From: Pseudomonadota bacterium
Lineage (GTDB): Bacteria; Bdellovibrionota; FAC87; UBA2466
Assembly (NCBI GenBank): GCA_009927005.1
Contig: RFNV01000210.1
Location: 5,725 to 69,724 of the forward strand
Length of the DNA: 64,000 nucleotides
Reading direction: 5' to 3'
Made by a program: the position numbers and the translations under genes. Positions 1-9,284 of this stretch are shown piece by piece. The notes under the pieces were generated by a model that did no database searches, had not been told where the DNA came from, and saw nothing but the letters and a program-made list of their open reading frames with translations. Numbering within the stretch: the stretch's first letter is position 1; each line of letters opens with the position of its first letter.

Positions 1-669
1 TAAACTTCTATCATCAAGTGTGAAAAGGTCATTGAAACTTCTAAGATAAATCGGAATCCATCTCGCGTCCCGACGGAGCTCGTGGATCCCCTCTTCGACT
101 AACTTCATATCGTAATCACTCGTTGTAATTTCCTTCAGAAGTTTACTAAAAGATTTAAGGACAAATTTTCTATCCTTCTTTTTCTTGGACCAATCGGTTT
201 CTTCGAGAGCTTCCTGAAGTTGTTTAAGCGGAGAGGATTCGGAATCTTTTCCGATGAGATGCTGGTCATCGAGAAATTTTTTTAACTTTTCTCGAGACGC
301 TTCTTCTTTCCCTTTTAAAAACGCTAGTACTTCTTTGGGGGCTTCTACTTTTTTCGAAAACTCAAGGGCCTCCCGAACATCTACCCAGCCTCCTAACTCA
401 TCCTCAAAAGGCTTGATATGGTCTTCGAAAAAACCTGATAAGGTTTCGGGGTACTCCGATTCATAAACCCGCAAGAGGGCTTCTAGCTCAAACAAATCCG
501 ATCGATTTCCATTTTGGATGAGGAGATCTAATACTTCGTCAGGATTTTTTTTGTTTAAAGCTCTCTGCAAATCATGAATTGGTTTTTGAAATCGTTGTTC
601 CTGGCGAGACTCTGCCCAAAGAGGCACACCAAAAGTGAGCATAAGAATGAGGGTAATGAAAGTGCGCAC
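1..669 (-). CDS. hypothetical secreted protein, partial (3' end lies beyond window start)
   Basis: Manually translated minus-strand frame is open from a TGA at 763-765 through position 1. Candidate starts are GTG 669 or ATG 642. The N-terminus (M)RTFITLILMLTFGVPLWA/ESRQ looks like a Sec signal peptide and the rest is charged and helical. It is absent from the ORF track because no stop falls inside the window. Confidence 0.5.
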   Translation of the reverse strand, partial: MRTFITLILMLTFGVPLWAESRQEQRFQKPIHDLQRALNKKNPDEVLDLLIQNGNRSDLFELEALLRVYESEYPETLSGFFEDHIKPFEDELGGWVDVREALEFSKKVEAPKEVLAFLKGKEEASREKLKKFLDDQHLIGKDSESSPLKQLQEALEETDWSKKKKDRKFVLKSFSKLLKEITTSDYDMKLVEEGIHELRRDARWIPIYLRSFNDLFTLDDRSL

Positions 670-797
670 CCACCTTAAAAGAGCAAGACCAGTGCCACTC
701 GATTTAATGTGCGGAAAGAAAAAAACCGGCCTGCCCCCCGCTTTTTCCGGAAATCCGAAAGATCAGCGGAAGGCAGGTGTCTAAAACATAGTCAGTT

Positions 798-1085
798 TTA
801 AGCGGCTTTTTTGACTGGCGATTTTGGTTCGCTAGCTTTTTTGGACTTAAATCCATTCACGATTTCTTGGGTCCAACCATGAGATTGGGCTGACTTATAA
901 CTAGAAGGCGCCCCTTTTGCCCATTCCGCTTCGCTGTTAAACCGATTGGCTACTTTGCGACACCGAGCCATTGTCCATCGTCTTTTTTCCTCTTTGGGCT
1001 GAACTGCTTTTACTTTGCTATCTTTTTCAGCACTGTTGGAAGCTGCTTCGTTTTTATTCGTGTTTGCCATAATTCCTCCAGCCAT
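798..1085 (-). CDS. hypothetical small lysine-rich basic protein
   Basis: 95-aa ORF with a K/A/S-rich low-complexity N-terminus and a KKASEPKSPVKKAA tail. No recognisable motif. Possibly nucleoid-associated or histone-like, but that is a guess. Confidence 0.4.
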   Translation of the reverse strand: MAGGIMANTNKNEAASNSAEKDSKVKAVQPKEEKRRWTMARCRKVANRFNSEAEWAKGAPSSYKSAQSHGWTQEIVNGFKSKKASEPKSPVKKAA

Positions 1086-1142
1086 CTTTTCGGATCTTTC
1101 TTGAGACGACTTGAGGGGAGAAGGCTTAAATGCTTAATATTA

Positions 1143-3044
1143 TTAATCTTGGCCTTCAATGACATCGACGAAATTGGGATACTTATGGCTTTTCATTTTG
1201 CCAGTATCCAATCGGTGCATGTAATCCGCATAGGCTTTCATCGTTTCGCGACCAAAAATCAGCATGATGGGAATATTTGCCCAAAGCATCACTCCAGTTC
1301 CCATAGCAGTAATAGCATCTAGCTCGATGTCTGTCTTAATCAGCCCAGCAGTCGAAATCAAAATTAAGGCGCAGTAAATTACTTTGTAAGGCAAAACTGA
1401 TTTCGGCCCCAAGAGATAAATCATTCCTTGCTCGCCGTAGTAGCTCCAAGAAATCAAAGTTGAGACCGCAAAGAGCCAACAGCAAATGGTCACAAGCCAC
1501 ATCCCAAGCCCCGGGGTAACTCTGTCAAAAGCATGTCCTGTCAAAGCCGCTCCCACAAAATCATTAAACACTTCTGGTCCAGACATTTCGGGAGGGTTTT
1601 TTTCCTGAGACTCAAACGGCTTCCAAGCCACTCTGAGGCTCTCTCCCACTGGAGTAATGATGCCATAAACTCGATAGAGATTTTTTCCTGTGTCTGAGTC
1701 GACAATTTGCTTTTTTGCCACCATGAAAATCGTATTGTTTGATGCCCACGGCCCCGTAATCCGGGCAGATTCACGATCCTTTGTGGGAATCTCTTCTGTT
1801 TCTGGAATCCAATAGGTCTGGCTTTTTAGCTCGCTCTTAACTGAAGACAAGGGCCATCGTCTGAGGAAAGCTTCTCCTACGCCTGGATTCCCATTTAAAA
1901 AATCGATGTATTGATCTGTTTTTTCTACGACTGTTCCCAAGAGGGTTCTCTCGGTATCTCCATCTCTGACAATCACTTGAGTTGCATTGATCAAGGAAGG
2001 AGTTTTTTCAAAGACTGCTTCGGGTCCACGATTCCAAGCTCCTGTCAGCAAGATCACCAGAGTCGTTAAAGTACAAACCACCAAAGTATCTACGAAAGGC
2101 TCGAGCCCGGCCACAACTCCCTCTCGAATGGGTTCATCGGTTTTTGCAGCTGAATGAGCGATGGGTGCGGAGCCCTGACCAGCTTCAGACGAAAAGAGGG
2201 CTCGCTTCATTCCCCATAAGAAGGAATAACCTGCAGTTCCTCCCAAGAAGGCCCCCTTGGATTCAGCTGGATTAAAAGCACAATTAAAAATGAGCCGAAG
2301 CATTTCGGGAATTTGGCCCACGTTCGAAAATAAAACATACATAGCTGCGATCAAATAGAGCCCACACATAAACGGCACAAGCCTTCCCGTTACTGAACCA
2401 ATGCGATGAATGCCTCCAATAATGACCATTCCGGTAATGAGGGTCATGACGATTCCTGAAAATATTTTGGGAACCGTCGGAAAGTAAGAATGGGTAATCT
2501 CGGCCACGTTCCAAGCTTGGAACATATTTCCACCCGTGATCGTCGAAATCAAAAGAGTCACGCAAAAGACGCCTCCAATGAATGAACCGAGTTTTGCCAA
2601 CTTTGGATTCATTTTTTTTAATCCCACTTTGGCAACCCACATCGGTCCACCATGAGGATTTTTGGGATCTTTCGTGTTTCGATACATCATGGACTGCATG
2701 ACTTCAGTGGCTTTTAAAGCCATTCCAAAGATCCCCACCATCCACATCCAAAAAACAGCTCCCGGTCCTCCGAGCGCAATCGCAAGTGCAACTCCTCCGA
2801 TATTGCCCAACCCCACCGTGGCGGAAAGAGCTGCTGAGAGAGCTTGAAAGTGATTGATAGCGCCAGGATCATCTTTTCTGTCGTATTTTCCTCGAATGAC
2901 TGCCACCCCGTGAGTGAGGGCTCGGTACTGACAAAACTTAGTCCAGAAAGTGAAGAGAATACCAGTTCCCAAGACAATGTAGAGAACATAGTCGTGATAG
3001 AGAATGTCGTTTGCCGACATGACTGCTTGAATGAATTTTTCCAT
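1143..3044 (-). CDS. alanine/glycine:cation symporter (AGCS family) with large hydrophilic insertion
   Basis: 633 aa. The N-terminal FQALSAALSATVGLGNIGGVALAIALGGPGAVFWMW segment is the conserved AGCS (TC 2.A.25) signature. Multiple hydrophobic TM segments are present. Residues ~337-500 form a hydrophilic insertion not found in typical ~470-aa AGCS members. Confidence 0.85.
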   Translation of the reverse strand: MEKFIQAVMSANDILYHDYVLYIVLGTGILFTFWTKFCQYRALTHGVAVIRGKYDRKDDPGAINHFQALSAALSATVGLGNIGGVALAIALGGPGAVFWMWMVGIFGMALKATEVMQSMMYRNTKDPKNPHGGPMWVAKVGLKKMNPKLAKLGSFIGGVFCVTLLISTITGGNMFQAWNVAEITHSYFPTVPKIFSGIVMTLITGMVIIGGIHRIGSVTGRLVPFMCGLYLIAAMYVLFSNVGQIPEMLRLIFNCAFNPAESKGAFLGGTAGYSFLWGMKRALFSSEAGQGSAPIAHSAAKTDEPIREGVVAGLEPFVDTLVVCTLTTLVILLTGAWNRGPEAVFEKTPSLINATQVIVRDGDTERTLLGTVVEKTDQYIDFLNGNPGVGEAFLRRWPLSSVKSELKSQTYWIPETEEIPTKDRESARITGPWASNNTIFMVAKKQIVDSDTGKNLYRVYGIITPVGESLRVAWKPFESQEKNPPEMSGPEVFNDFVGAALTGHAFDRVTPGLGMWLVTICCWLFAVSTLISWSYYGEQGMIYLLGPKSVLPYKVIYCALILISTAGLIKTDIELDAITAMGTGVMLWANIPIMLIFGRETMKAYADYMHRLDTGKMKSHKYPNFVDVIEGQD

Positions 3045-3062
3045 GAGAATAAGAGTATTTAC

Positions 3063-3626
3063 TTAGAACCCAATTGTAAACACACCCAGGAGTTGCTGGG
3101 TCTTGAGAGGCGAGTGAATGACATAGACGTAATTTAACTGAACGCTCTTAAAAAAACCTTTTCCATCTCCAAACTGATAACCAAAACCTGCTTTTGCTGT
3201 GGGATAAAATTTACGAGAACTATCGCCTGTCCAATATTGAACTCCGCCCCCAATTTCACCAAAAAGAGGAGAGTTAAATTTCGGCTTTTCAACAAACGTT
3301 AAAGAAAAATCCCCTACTCTTAATTCATCTTTAGCAAAGGCATTTCGAAAGACAAACCCAACGTTCCACCGGGCAGAAATGGTCCCATTGAAATGGTAGC
3401 TCGGGGCCCAAGCCATCGCCCCCAACCCTCGGACGTGGTCTTGCTTATTTAGCATGAATCCCCCACCGAATTGAAAAACAGCTAAGTCAAACCCTCGTTG
3501 ATCTCGGTAGCTGGAGGTGCTTGCGGTGCTTCTCGGCTGGGGCTTTTCGCTCTTACCTTCTTCTGCAGAAAGACACATTGCAGCGCTTAGTAAAAAAGGC
3601 GTGATGACCAATTTGAAAAGTCTCAT
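3063..3626 (-). CDS. outer-membrane beta-barrel-like protein (hypothetical)
   Basis: 187 aa. Signal peptide MRLFKLVITPFLLSAAMCLSA. Alternating hydrophobic/aromatic pattern with a C-terminal ...TIGF ending in Phe, typical of outer-membrane beta-barrels. Lies 18 nt upstream of the AGCS gene on the same strand. Confidence 0.5.
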   Translation of the reverse strand: MRLFKLVITPFLLSAAMCLSAEEGKSEKPQPRSTASTSSYRDQRGFDLAVFQFGGGFMLNKQDHVRGLGAMAWAPSYHFNGTISARWNVGFVFRNAFAKDELRVGDFSLTFVEKPKFNSPLFGEIGGGVQYWTGDSSRKFYPTAKAGFGYQFGDGKGFFKSVQLNYVYVIHSPLKTQQLLGVFTIGF

Positions 3627-3764
3627 ATCTTAGGTCTCGACTCTTTTAGTAAATAGCTTGAGAAAATCCCGTTCAAGGGAAAGTGAATCCCTGGCGCGTT
3701 GAGCCGTAACAAACTTTCTTTCATCTACCGATAAAGAGTTAAGATTATTTTGAGGAGAAACCCG

Positions 3765-4640
3765 ATGAAAAAAATTACACAAACCCTTCTAGTCCCTCTT
3801 GCTTTTACTTTTATTGTTAGCTGCACAGGCTCCAAACCAGTGGCGATGGTTGGAGATAAAAAAATCACAAAAAATGATGTTGAACTTCGTCTGAGTATGA
3901 TGAAAGTTTTCAATCCTCAAATGAACGAAAAAGCAGCTGTGGAACAATTGATTCGTTCCGAAACTTTGCTTCAAATCTTAAAAAATAAAGGTATTGAAGT
4001 GAAGGACCAAATGGTCGAAATGGAAATGACCAAATTAAAGGGGACTAGTAAAAACAATCCTAAATTAGAAGCTCTCATGAAGGATTATGGCTCTAAGAAA
4101 AAATTCAAAGATCTCTACATCGTCCCCACCTTAGTTGAGGGACTAGCCTTCAGAGAAGCTTTCCAAAAAGATACCGTTTTTCATAAAGAAGAAAATGAAA
4201 AGATGGAAAAACTTTTAGCTGCAGTTAAAAGCAATCCTTCTAAGTTGGAAGAATCTGCCAAACAAATGGGAGTTTCTTTGAAAAAAGGCGTGATTAAAGA
4301 CAAAGAGGGTTTAACTTGGGATTCCTCAGACCGAGACGTTGCCCATATGCCAGTTTTGCCAAGTGGAGTAGGCTTCGGCCAGTTCTTTAAAAAGATGGTT
4401 CTAGAAAAAACCCCCACGGGTAAAGTGAGCGAGAAAGTGGAAACTATTGGTCAACTCATGGCAGTGGTCAGAAATGATAGTTCCTCAAAAGACTCATCCA
4501 AATTTACAGTTGCGATGGTCGCCCGAAAAAACTTTGGAGACTGGTTTAACCAAAATAGTCAGTCCATCAAAGTAAACCGACTTGAGGAAGCCAACGCAAA
4601 TGCTCAAAAGTCGCCAATGCCCGCTACAAAAACGAACTAG
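3765..4640 (+). CDS. lipoprotein with SurA-N-like chaperone domain (hypothetical)
   Basis: Likely start is ATG 3765, preceded by a GAGGAG ribosome-binding site at 3752-3757; the ORF track extends it to a TTG at 3750. Lipobox FIVSC follows the signal peptide. MVGDKKITKNDVELRL...EQLIRSETLLQ resembles the SurA N-terminal / PpiC-type chaperone region. Confidence 0.55.
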   Translation: MKKITQTLLVPLAFTFIVSCTGSKPVAMVGDKKITKNDVELRLSMMKVFNPQMNEKAAVEQLIRSETLLQILKNKGIEVKDQMVEMEMTKLKGTSKNNPKLEALMKDYGSKKKFKDLYIVPTLVEGLAFREAFQKDTVFHKEENEKMEKLLAAVKSNPSKLEESAKQMGVSLKKGVIKDKEGLTWDSSDRDVAHMPVLPSGVGFGQFFKKMVLEKTPTGKVSEKVETIGQLMAVVRNDSSSKDSSKFTVAMVARKNFGDWFNQNSQSIKVNRLEEANANAQKSPMPATKTN

Positions 4641-4980
4641 TCTTTGGCTATTAGTCCTCTGGCTTCTCGGTTTTTCTAACTTGGGGCATGGGGCTTATCG
4701 AGTCTATAAATTGAGGGTGGTTTCTTATAATGAAAGAAATCGCCCTTCTACACAGACCGGTATACTGACTACCCTCGATCCCAATCAATACCAAAACTAT
4801 TATTCGGGTTACGGTCGGATGGACGTAAAACTCGTCGATACCTGGTACTGCCCGGGAGACACGAGTTTTAAGCGCTACTGCCCAAAGCCGAAAGATCGAA
4901 GACTGCAAAGAGGTCTCGCAAGTGAATTTGCTCCAAAACGAGATGCTCTCCCGTTCAACTTACAGCCAGTCATCCCGTAG
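4582..4980 (+). CDS. hypothetical small Cys/Tyr-rich secreted protein (questionable gene)
   Basis: 132-aa ORF overlapping the end of the upstream gene. A hydrophobic signal-like stretch SLWLLVLWLLGFSNLGHG is present. No homology recognised; the start is uncertain (ATG 4600 possible). A competing minus-strand ORF 4651-4908 exists. Confidence 0.25.
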   Translation: MRKPTQMLKSRQCPLQKRTSLWLLVLWLLGFSNLGHGAYRVYKLRVVSYNERNRPSTQTGILTTLDPNQYQNYYSGYGRMDVKLVDTWYCPGDTSFKRYCPKPKDRRLQRGLASEFAPKRDALPFNLQPVIP

Positions 4981-5323
4981 GAAACTTATAATCATTCCAG
5001 CTGATCATTCCCCCTTGAAGATTAATAGGGGATTTAAATCCAATTCTCTGACTAAAAAGACAGGCTTCTCTTGAGCGAACTCCGCTCCTGCAAATAAAAA
5101 CAATTTCCTGATCTCTATCCTGCGCTTCCAGAAAGGTCACCAAGTCGGGCCCCAAAGTAACCAATTGAGAGCCAGGGATATGTCTTAATTCTCCGGTAAA
5201 CTCATCAGGCCTTCGAACATCAATCAAAGTTACTTTTCCGAGAGCTGGTAGAAGTTGATCAGGGGTTACTTCAGCGACTCCATTGTTCAATCTAGGATTG
5301 AGAACGTTCTTTTTTGCTGTCAT
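4970..5323 (-). CDS. rhodanese-domain sulfurtransferase
   Basis: 117 aa. Single rhodanese fold with active-site loop CRSGVRS. Start overlaps the stop of the upstream SDR gene. Confidence 0.8.
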   Translation of the reverse strand: MTAKKNVLNPRLNNGVAEVTPDQLLPALGKVTLIDVRRPDEFTGELRHIPGSQLVTLGPDLVTFLEAQDRDQEIVFICRSGVRSREACLFSQRIGFKSPINLQGGMISWNDYKFPTG

Positions 5324-6078
5324 TTTTGATTCCTTCGATGCACCAAAGAAGTTGAAGCTTGATCCGTGGGATAAATAATCATTTCCTGAATGTTGACATG
5401 CTTAGGCCGCATCAGGGCCCATACAACAGCTTCCGCAATGTCCTTCGCAGATAAGGGGGTCATTCCCTCATAAATCGCTTTTGCTCTTTCTTGATCGCCC
5501 CCAAAACGCACCAAGCTGAACTCGGTTTCGACCATTCCTGGGGAAATTTCTGTGACTCGAACCCCAGTTCCCAAAAGATCCTGCCTCAAAGCTTCGGTTA
5601 AAGCGCTCACTGCCCTTTTCGTCGCACAATAGATATTTCCTCTAGGATAAATCCATCTTCCTGCGACGGAGCCCAAATTTACAATATGGCCACTTTTCTT
5701 CTGTACGAAGTAAGGTAGTACTTGGTGGGTCATATACAAAAGGCCCTTTACGTTAACGTCCCACATCGTATCCCAATCCTTCAAATTGCCTTCTTGGATG
5801 GTGTCTCGCCCAACAGCTAGGCCTGCGTTGTTTATCAGAGCTTCAACTTGACTAAGTTCCGAAGAAAATTGCGTTCCAAACTCTATTACCGATTGAGAAT
5901 GGGAAATATCTAGGGGAGCGATTTCAACTTTTACTTTATGAGCTGAGGAAAGATCTTTTTGAAGTTTTTGAAGTCTATCTAAACGGCGCCCGACTAAAAA
6001 AAGGTTTTTTCCCTGGCTAGCTAAAATCTCGGCACAGGCCTTTCCAATCCCGCTAGTAGCCCCAGTAATTAGGATCAT
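5320..6078 (-). CDS. short-chain dehydrogenase/reductase (SDR)
   Basis: Start set at MILITGATSGIGKACA, the TGxxxGIG Rossmann motif, with ATG 6076-6078 overlapping the TGA of the upstream gene. The YxxxK region is present. The ORF-track N-terminal extension was rejected. Confidence 0.85.
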   Translation of the reverse strand: MILITGATSGIGKACAEILASQGKNLFLVGRRLDRLQKLQKDLSSAHKVKVEIAPLDISHSQSVIEFGTQFSSELSQVEALINNAGLAVGRDTIQEGNLKDWDTMWDVNVKGLLYMTHQVLPYFVQKKSGHIVNLGSVAGRWIYPRGNIYCATKRAVSALTEALRQDLLGTGVRVTEISPGMVETEFSLVRFGGDQERAKAIYEGMTPLSAKDIAEAVVWALMRPKHVNIQEMIIYPTDQASTSLVHRRNQK

Positions 6079-6374
6079 CAGAGTTTCTCCTGAACACTCT
6101 TCACTTTGTCTTCCATGGACTGCGCTCGATCGGTTCGAGTGCCGAATTTTAAAGTAGATGAAATACGGGGAGCCCCCATCTGATGAACGACTTCGTGGCA
6201 CTTCTTAAGACTGGCAAAGACCTGATCCCACTCGCCTTCAATATTGGTGCCGTAGGCATGAAGATGAGTTTTTAGCCCCGCTTGCTCAAATATTTCTTGG
6301 CAAGCTGCAACATATTTTGAAACAGAGACCCCCACTCCTAGGGGAACTAGACAAAAATCGACGATGACTTTCAT
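6078..6374 (-). CDS. YkoF/MTH1187-family (UPF0045) thiamine-binding-like protein
   Basis: MKVIVDFCLVPLGVGVSVSKYVAACQEIFEQAGLKTHLHAYGTNIEGEWDQVFASLKKCHEVV matches the MTH1187/YkoF family pattern. Start trimmed to ATG 6374, because the longer ORF-track start would run into the tRNA. Confidence 0.7.
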   Translation of the reverse strand: MKVIVDFCLVPLGVGVSVSKYVAACQEIFEQAGLKTHLHAYGTNIEGEWDQVFASLKKCHEVVHQMGAPRISSTLKFGTRTDRAQSMEDKVKSVQEKL

Positions 6375-6383
6375 AAGAAAAAA

Positions 6384-6455
<72 letters not shown>

Positions 6456-6548
6456 ATGCTCAACTAATATTTCTTTTTGAGTCGATTTGGCAAAAGAAAT
6501 GTTAAAATAAAGGCGTTTTCCACGACTATAAATAAGGGTAACTCGCTC

Positions 6549-7229
6549 ATGGCTCAAAAGATGGTCCATCTTCGGGGGGTAGGGGTTCAATACTCGCCCA
6601 GTCGTTTTGCTCTCAGAGACGTGTCGTTTGACTTAGGCCGAGGTGAATTTGCCTATATTACTGGGGCAAATGGGGCTGGCAAAACGACTCTCTTGAAAAT
6701 TCTCTTCGCTATGGAACGTCCAAGTGAAGGAAATATCTACGTTAATAATCGAGAAGTCTCGACTCTCCCCAAAAATCAGATTTATCAATACCGACGGGAA
6801 GTGGGGTTTGTTTTTCAAGATTTCAAGCTCTTGCCCGACTTAACGATTTACGACAACGTCGCTCTTCCCCTGGAAATTAGAAAAATGACTCCTGGAGAGG
6901 TAGACCACCGAGTCCGAGGGGTTCTTTCCTTGGTCGGCTTAGGGGATCGAGCTCATGATTATCCTCAGATGCTTTCTGGAGGGGAACAACAACGAGTTTC
7001 TATTGCCCGCTCGATTATTGGCCGCCCTTCTCTCCTACTCGCAGACGAACCGACGGGGAACCTCGACAGCAACACGGCTCGAGATATCATGTCCCTCTTT
7101 TTAGAAATCAATGACATGGGAACTACCGTTCTCATAGCGACTCATGATGAAGGCTTGATGACCGAATTCCCTGCTCGAACCATTCGGCTCCAGGGCGGAC
7201 GCCTCGTCACTGAACGAGGTCGAGCTTAA
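6549..7229 (+). CDS. ftsE: cell-division ABC ATPase FtsE
   Basis: Walker [13 protein letters not shown] signature [13 protein letters not shown] and Walker [13 protein letters not shown] are present. Immediately followed by ftsX. Start is ATG 6549 or 6561; the ORF-track 6477 start is probably too long. Confidence 0.9.
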   Translation: MAQKMVHLRGVGVQYSPSRFALRDVSFDLGRGEFAYITGANGAGKTTLLKILFAMERPSEGNIYVNNREVSTLPKNQIYQYRREVGFVFQDFKLLPDLTIYDNVALPLEIRKMTPGEVDHRVRGVLSLVGLGDRAHDYPQMLSGGEQQRVSIARSIIGRPSLLLADEPTGNLDSNTARDIMSLFLEINDMGTTVLIATHDEGLMTEFPARTIRLQGGRLVTERGRA

Positions 7230-7233
7230 ATCC

Positions 7234-8124
7234 ATGAACCACCAACTCAGGCCCCTCAAAAAGACCTTAAAGAGTTTCAAAAGACAGCCCCTTCTTCATT
7301 TAGCCAGCATTGCGACGATTAGCGTATCGTGCCTCATCATGGGATCGTTCTTCTTGGGCTACCGAAATTTTGAAAGCATTGCGGAAAAGACGAACCCCCA
7401 CATGACGGGAACAGTTTATCTCAAGGAAGGGCTCAACGATAATCAGATAGCTCTTCTCAAAGAAAATATTTTAAGCCAAGAAAATGTTCTTAAAGCCGCT
7501 TTTAAGTCGAAAAGAAAAGTAGCAGACGAACTCCAAGTGTTTTTGGGAACCACGGGATCTGAAATTCTCCCTGGAAGCGAATTATTTCCGGATCTCATCG
7601 AACTTGAACTCAACCCCGAAACCACTTCTCAAGAAATTGCCGCTCTAAAGTCGATACTCGGCAAAGATCTGCAGATTGCAGAAGTGGACTTTTCAGAGGA
7701 TTGGCTCACTCAATACAAGAAAGTAAGAAGCATTCTCACCACGATTGGTTGGGTTTTGATCTCAGCTCTTGTCATTGGATGTGGGTTTATCATTGCGAAC
7801 TTCATGGGAATGCGTCATCAGTCCCGAAAAGAAGAAATGGAAATCGTTCAGTTGATTGGCGCTGAAACTTCTTTTGTCTTAGCTCCGTTCCTCTGGGAAG
7901 GAATCATTGAAGGGGTTTTGGGAGCTGGTTTTTCTATGACTCTTTTATTATTAGCAAAGTGGTTACTAGGAGATGTTTTGGCTAGCAACTGGGGTTCAGT
8001 GCTTGGCGTTTCCTCCTGGATGTTTCTTTCCGTTGCTCAGTGCTTACTTCTTCTATTTGTGGGAATTACCATGGCTCTTGTGGGTAGCATTGCTGTCTTT
8101 TTGAGAACTTCGGAGCACGTTTAG
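7234..8124 (+). CDS. ftsX: cell-division permease-like protein FtsX
   Basis: 296 aa. N-terminal TM segment, periplasmic domain and three C-terminal TM helices. Sits directly downstream of ftsE in the usual operon arrangement. Confidence 0.85.
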   Translation: MNHQLRPLKKTLKSFKRQPLLHLASIATISVSCLIMGSFFLGYRNFESIAEKTNPHMTGTVYLKEGLNDNQIALLKENILSQENVLKAAFKSKRKVADELQVFLGTTGSEILPGSELFPDLIELELNPETTSQEIAALKSILGKDLQIAEVDFSEDWLTQYKKVRSILTTIGWVLISALVIGCGFIIANFMGMRHQSRKEEMEIVQLIGAETSFVLAPFLWEGIIEGVLGAGFSMTLLLLAKWLLGDVLASNWGSVLGVSSWMFLSVAQCLLLLFVGITMALVGSIAVFLRTSEHV

Positions 8125-8126
8125 GA

Positions 8127-9284
8127 ATGAGTTTTCACTCTTTTTTGGCCCTTTTCATTTCAGTGTCCTGCGTTTGCTCTGCCCTGGAGCTTTCAGACAC
8201 AAAAGAAGTTCAAAAACGTGCGAATACCTTAAAAAAATTTCTCCAATCAGAAAAAGCTGATTACGAATCGAGAGAAACTCAAAGAAAAACTCTTTTAGAA
8301 TCGCTTGATGACCTCAACTCGAAGCAAAATCAGGTCCGCCAAAAACTACAGGCTCTCACAAACCACCAACAAGAATTAGAAATGAGCTTGGAGAACCTAG
8401 GCCTCGAATACCAGAATCAGAAGAAACTAGAGCAAGCTCAAAGGCAGCGTCTCTATCTCCTCTTAAAAGTGGTTTATAAAATTCAAAAAGAAGGGATGAC
8501 CCGTTTTGTTTTCTATGGTCAAAACCTCTCTCAACTAGCGGGAAGGATTCGAGTCCTTCTCTACACGCTTCGCTCTCATGCTCAACTGACTCGTCAATTT
8601 CAAGAAAGAACCCAGAAATTAGCTGAAGCCGAACTAAAACTGAAAGCGACTAAACTCAAATTAACCGGTCTTTCTGACGAACTAAAAGATCAACAACTTT
8701 TGTTGGCTAATTTGCTAAAAAACAAGAACCGCCTCGTTTCTCAGATTAATGAGAAGCAAAGTTCCTACCGTTTGGCTTCTAAAGAATACCAACGCATTTC
8801 TACTCAGCTAAGCCAACTCTTCAAAGAACTTCCCTCCGCGAAAAAGGGAACGGACAAGGGAGTTTTTGAACCCAAAGGAAATCTTCCGATGCCAACGGAG
8901 GGAGTTATCGTTCAGGGTTTTGGAAAAAGTGTTCATGAAAAATTTGGCACAGTTACTTATCACAAGGGCATTGAAATTGAGGCTGAGTTTAACTCGCCTG
9001 TTTCTGCAATCCTTCCGGGAGGAGTGGAGTTTGCAGGTTGGCTAAGGGGCTTAGGCAATGTGATTATTCTTCACCATGGCCAGGGGCTTTACACACTGAA
9101 TGCCCACTTATTTAAGTTCAATAAGAAAGTCGGAGAGAGTGTAGAAGCCGGAGAAGTCGTTGGGTTTGTGGGGGACACCGGCAACCGCGAAAAACCAAGT
9201 TTATATTTTGAAGTGCGATCGAATGGCAAAGCAGTCGATCCGCTAGCTTATCTTTCTTCAGGGCCTATAGAACAGAAGGGTTAA
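8127..9284 (+). CDS. EnvC-like murein hydrolase activator (coiled-coil plus LytM/M23 domain)
   Basis: Signal peptide, long Q/K/L-rich coiled coil and a C-terminal M23/LytM domain (HKGIEIEAEFNSPVSAILPGGVEFAGWLRGLGNVIILHHGQGLYTLNAHL). Conserved ftsEX-envC neighbourhood. Confidence 0.8.
   Translation: MSFHSFLALFISVSCVCSALELSDTKEVQKRANTLKKFLQSEKADYESRETQRKTLLESLDDLNSKQNQVRQKLQALTNHQQELEMSLENLGLEYQNQKKLEQAQRQRLYLLLKVVYKIQKEGMTRFVFYGQNLSQLAGRIRVLLYTLRSHAQLTRQFQERTQKLAEAELKLKATKLKLTGLSDELKDQQLLLANLLKNKNRLVSQINEKQSSYRLASKEYQRISTQLSQLFKELPSAKKGTDKGVFEPKGNLPMPTEGVIVQGFGKSVHEKFGTVTYHKGIEIEAEFNSPVSAILPGGVEFAGWLRGLGNVIILHHGQGLYTLNAHLFKFNKKVGESVEAGEVVGFVGDTGNREKPSLYFEVRSNGKAVDPLAYLSSGPIEQKG

Noticed and set aside
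2284-2989. Several 60-120-aa ORFs on both strands inside the AGCS gene
   Set aside because: They are shadow ORFs within a strongly supported 633-aa transporter frame.
4651-4908. 85-aa minus-strand ORF between the SurA-like lipoprotein and rhodanese genes
   Set aside because: It competes with the plus-strand 4582-4980 ORF. Neither has homology support; the plus-strand one is kept at low confidence because of its signal-peptide-like segment, and this one is treated as a shadow.
6079-6201. ORF-track N-terminal extension of the SDR gene (start 6201)
   Set aside because: It would overlap the upstream gene by 120 nt. The Rossmann motif begins right after an internal Met whose ATG at 6076-6078 overlaps the upstream TGA by one nucleotide.
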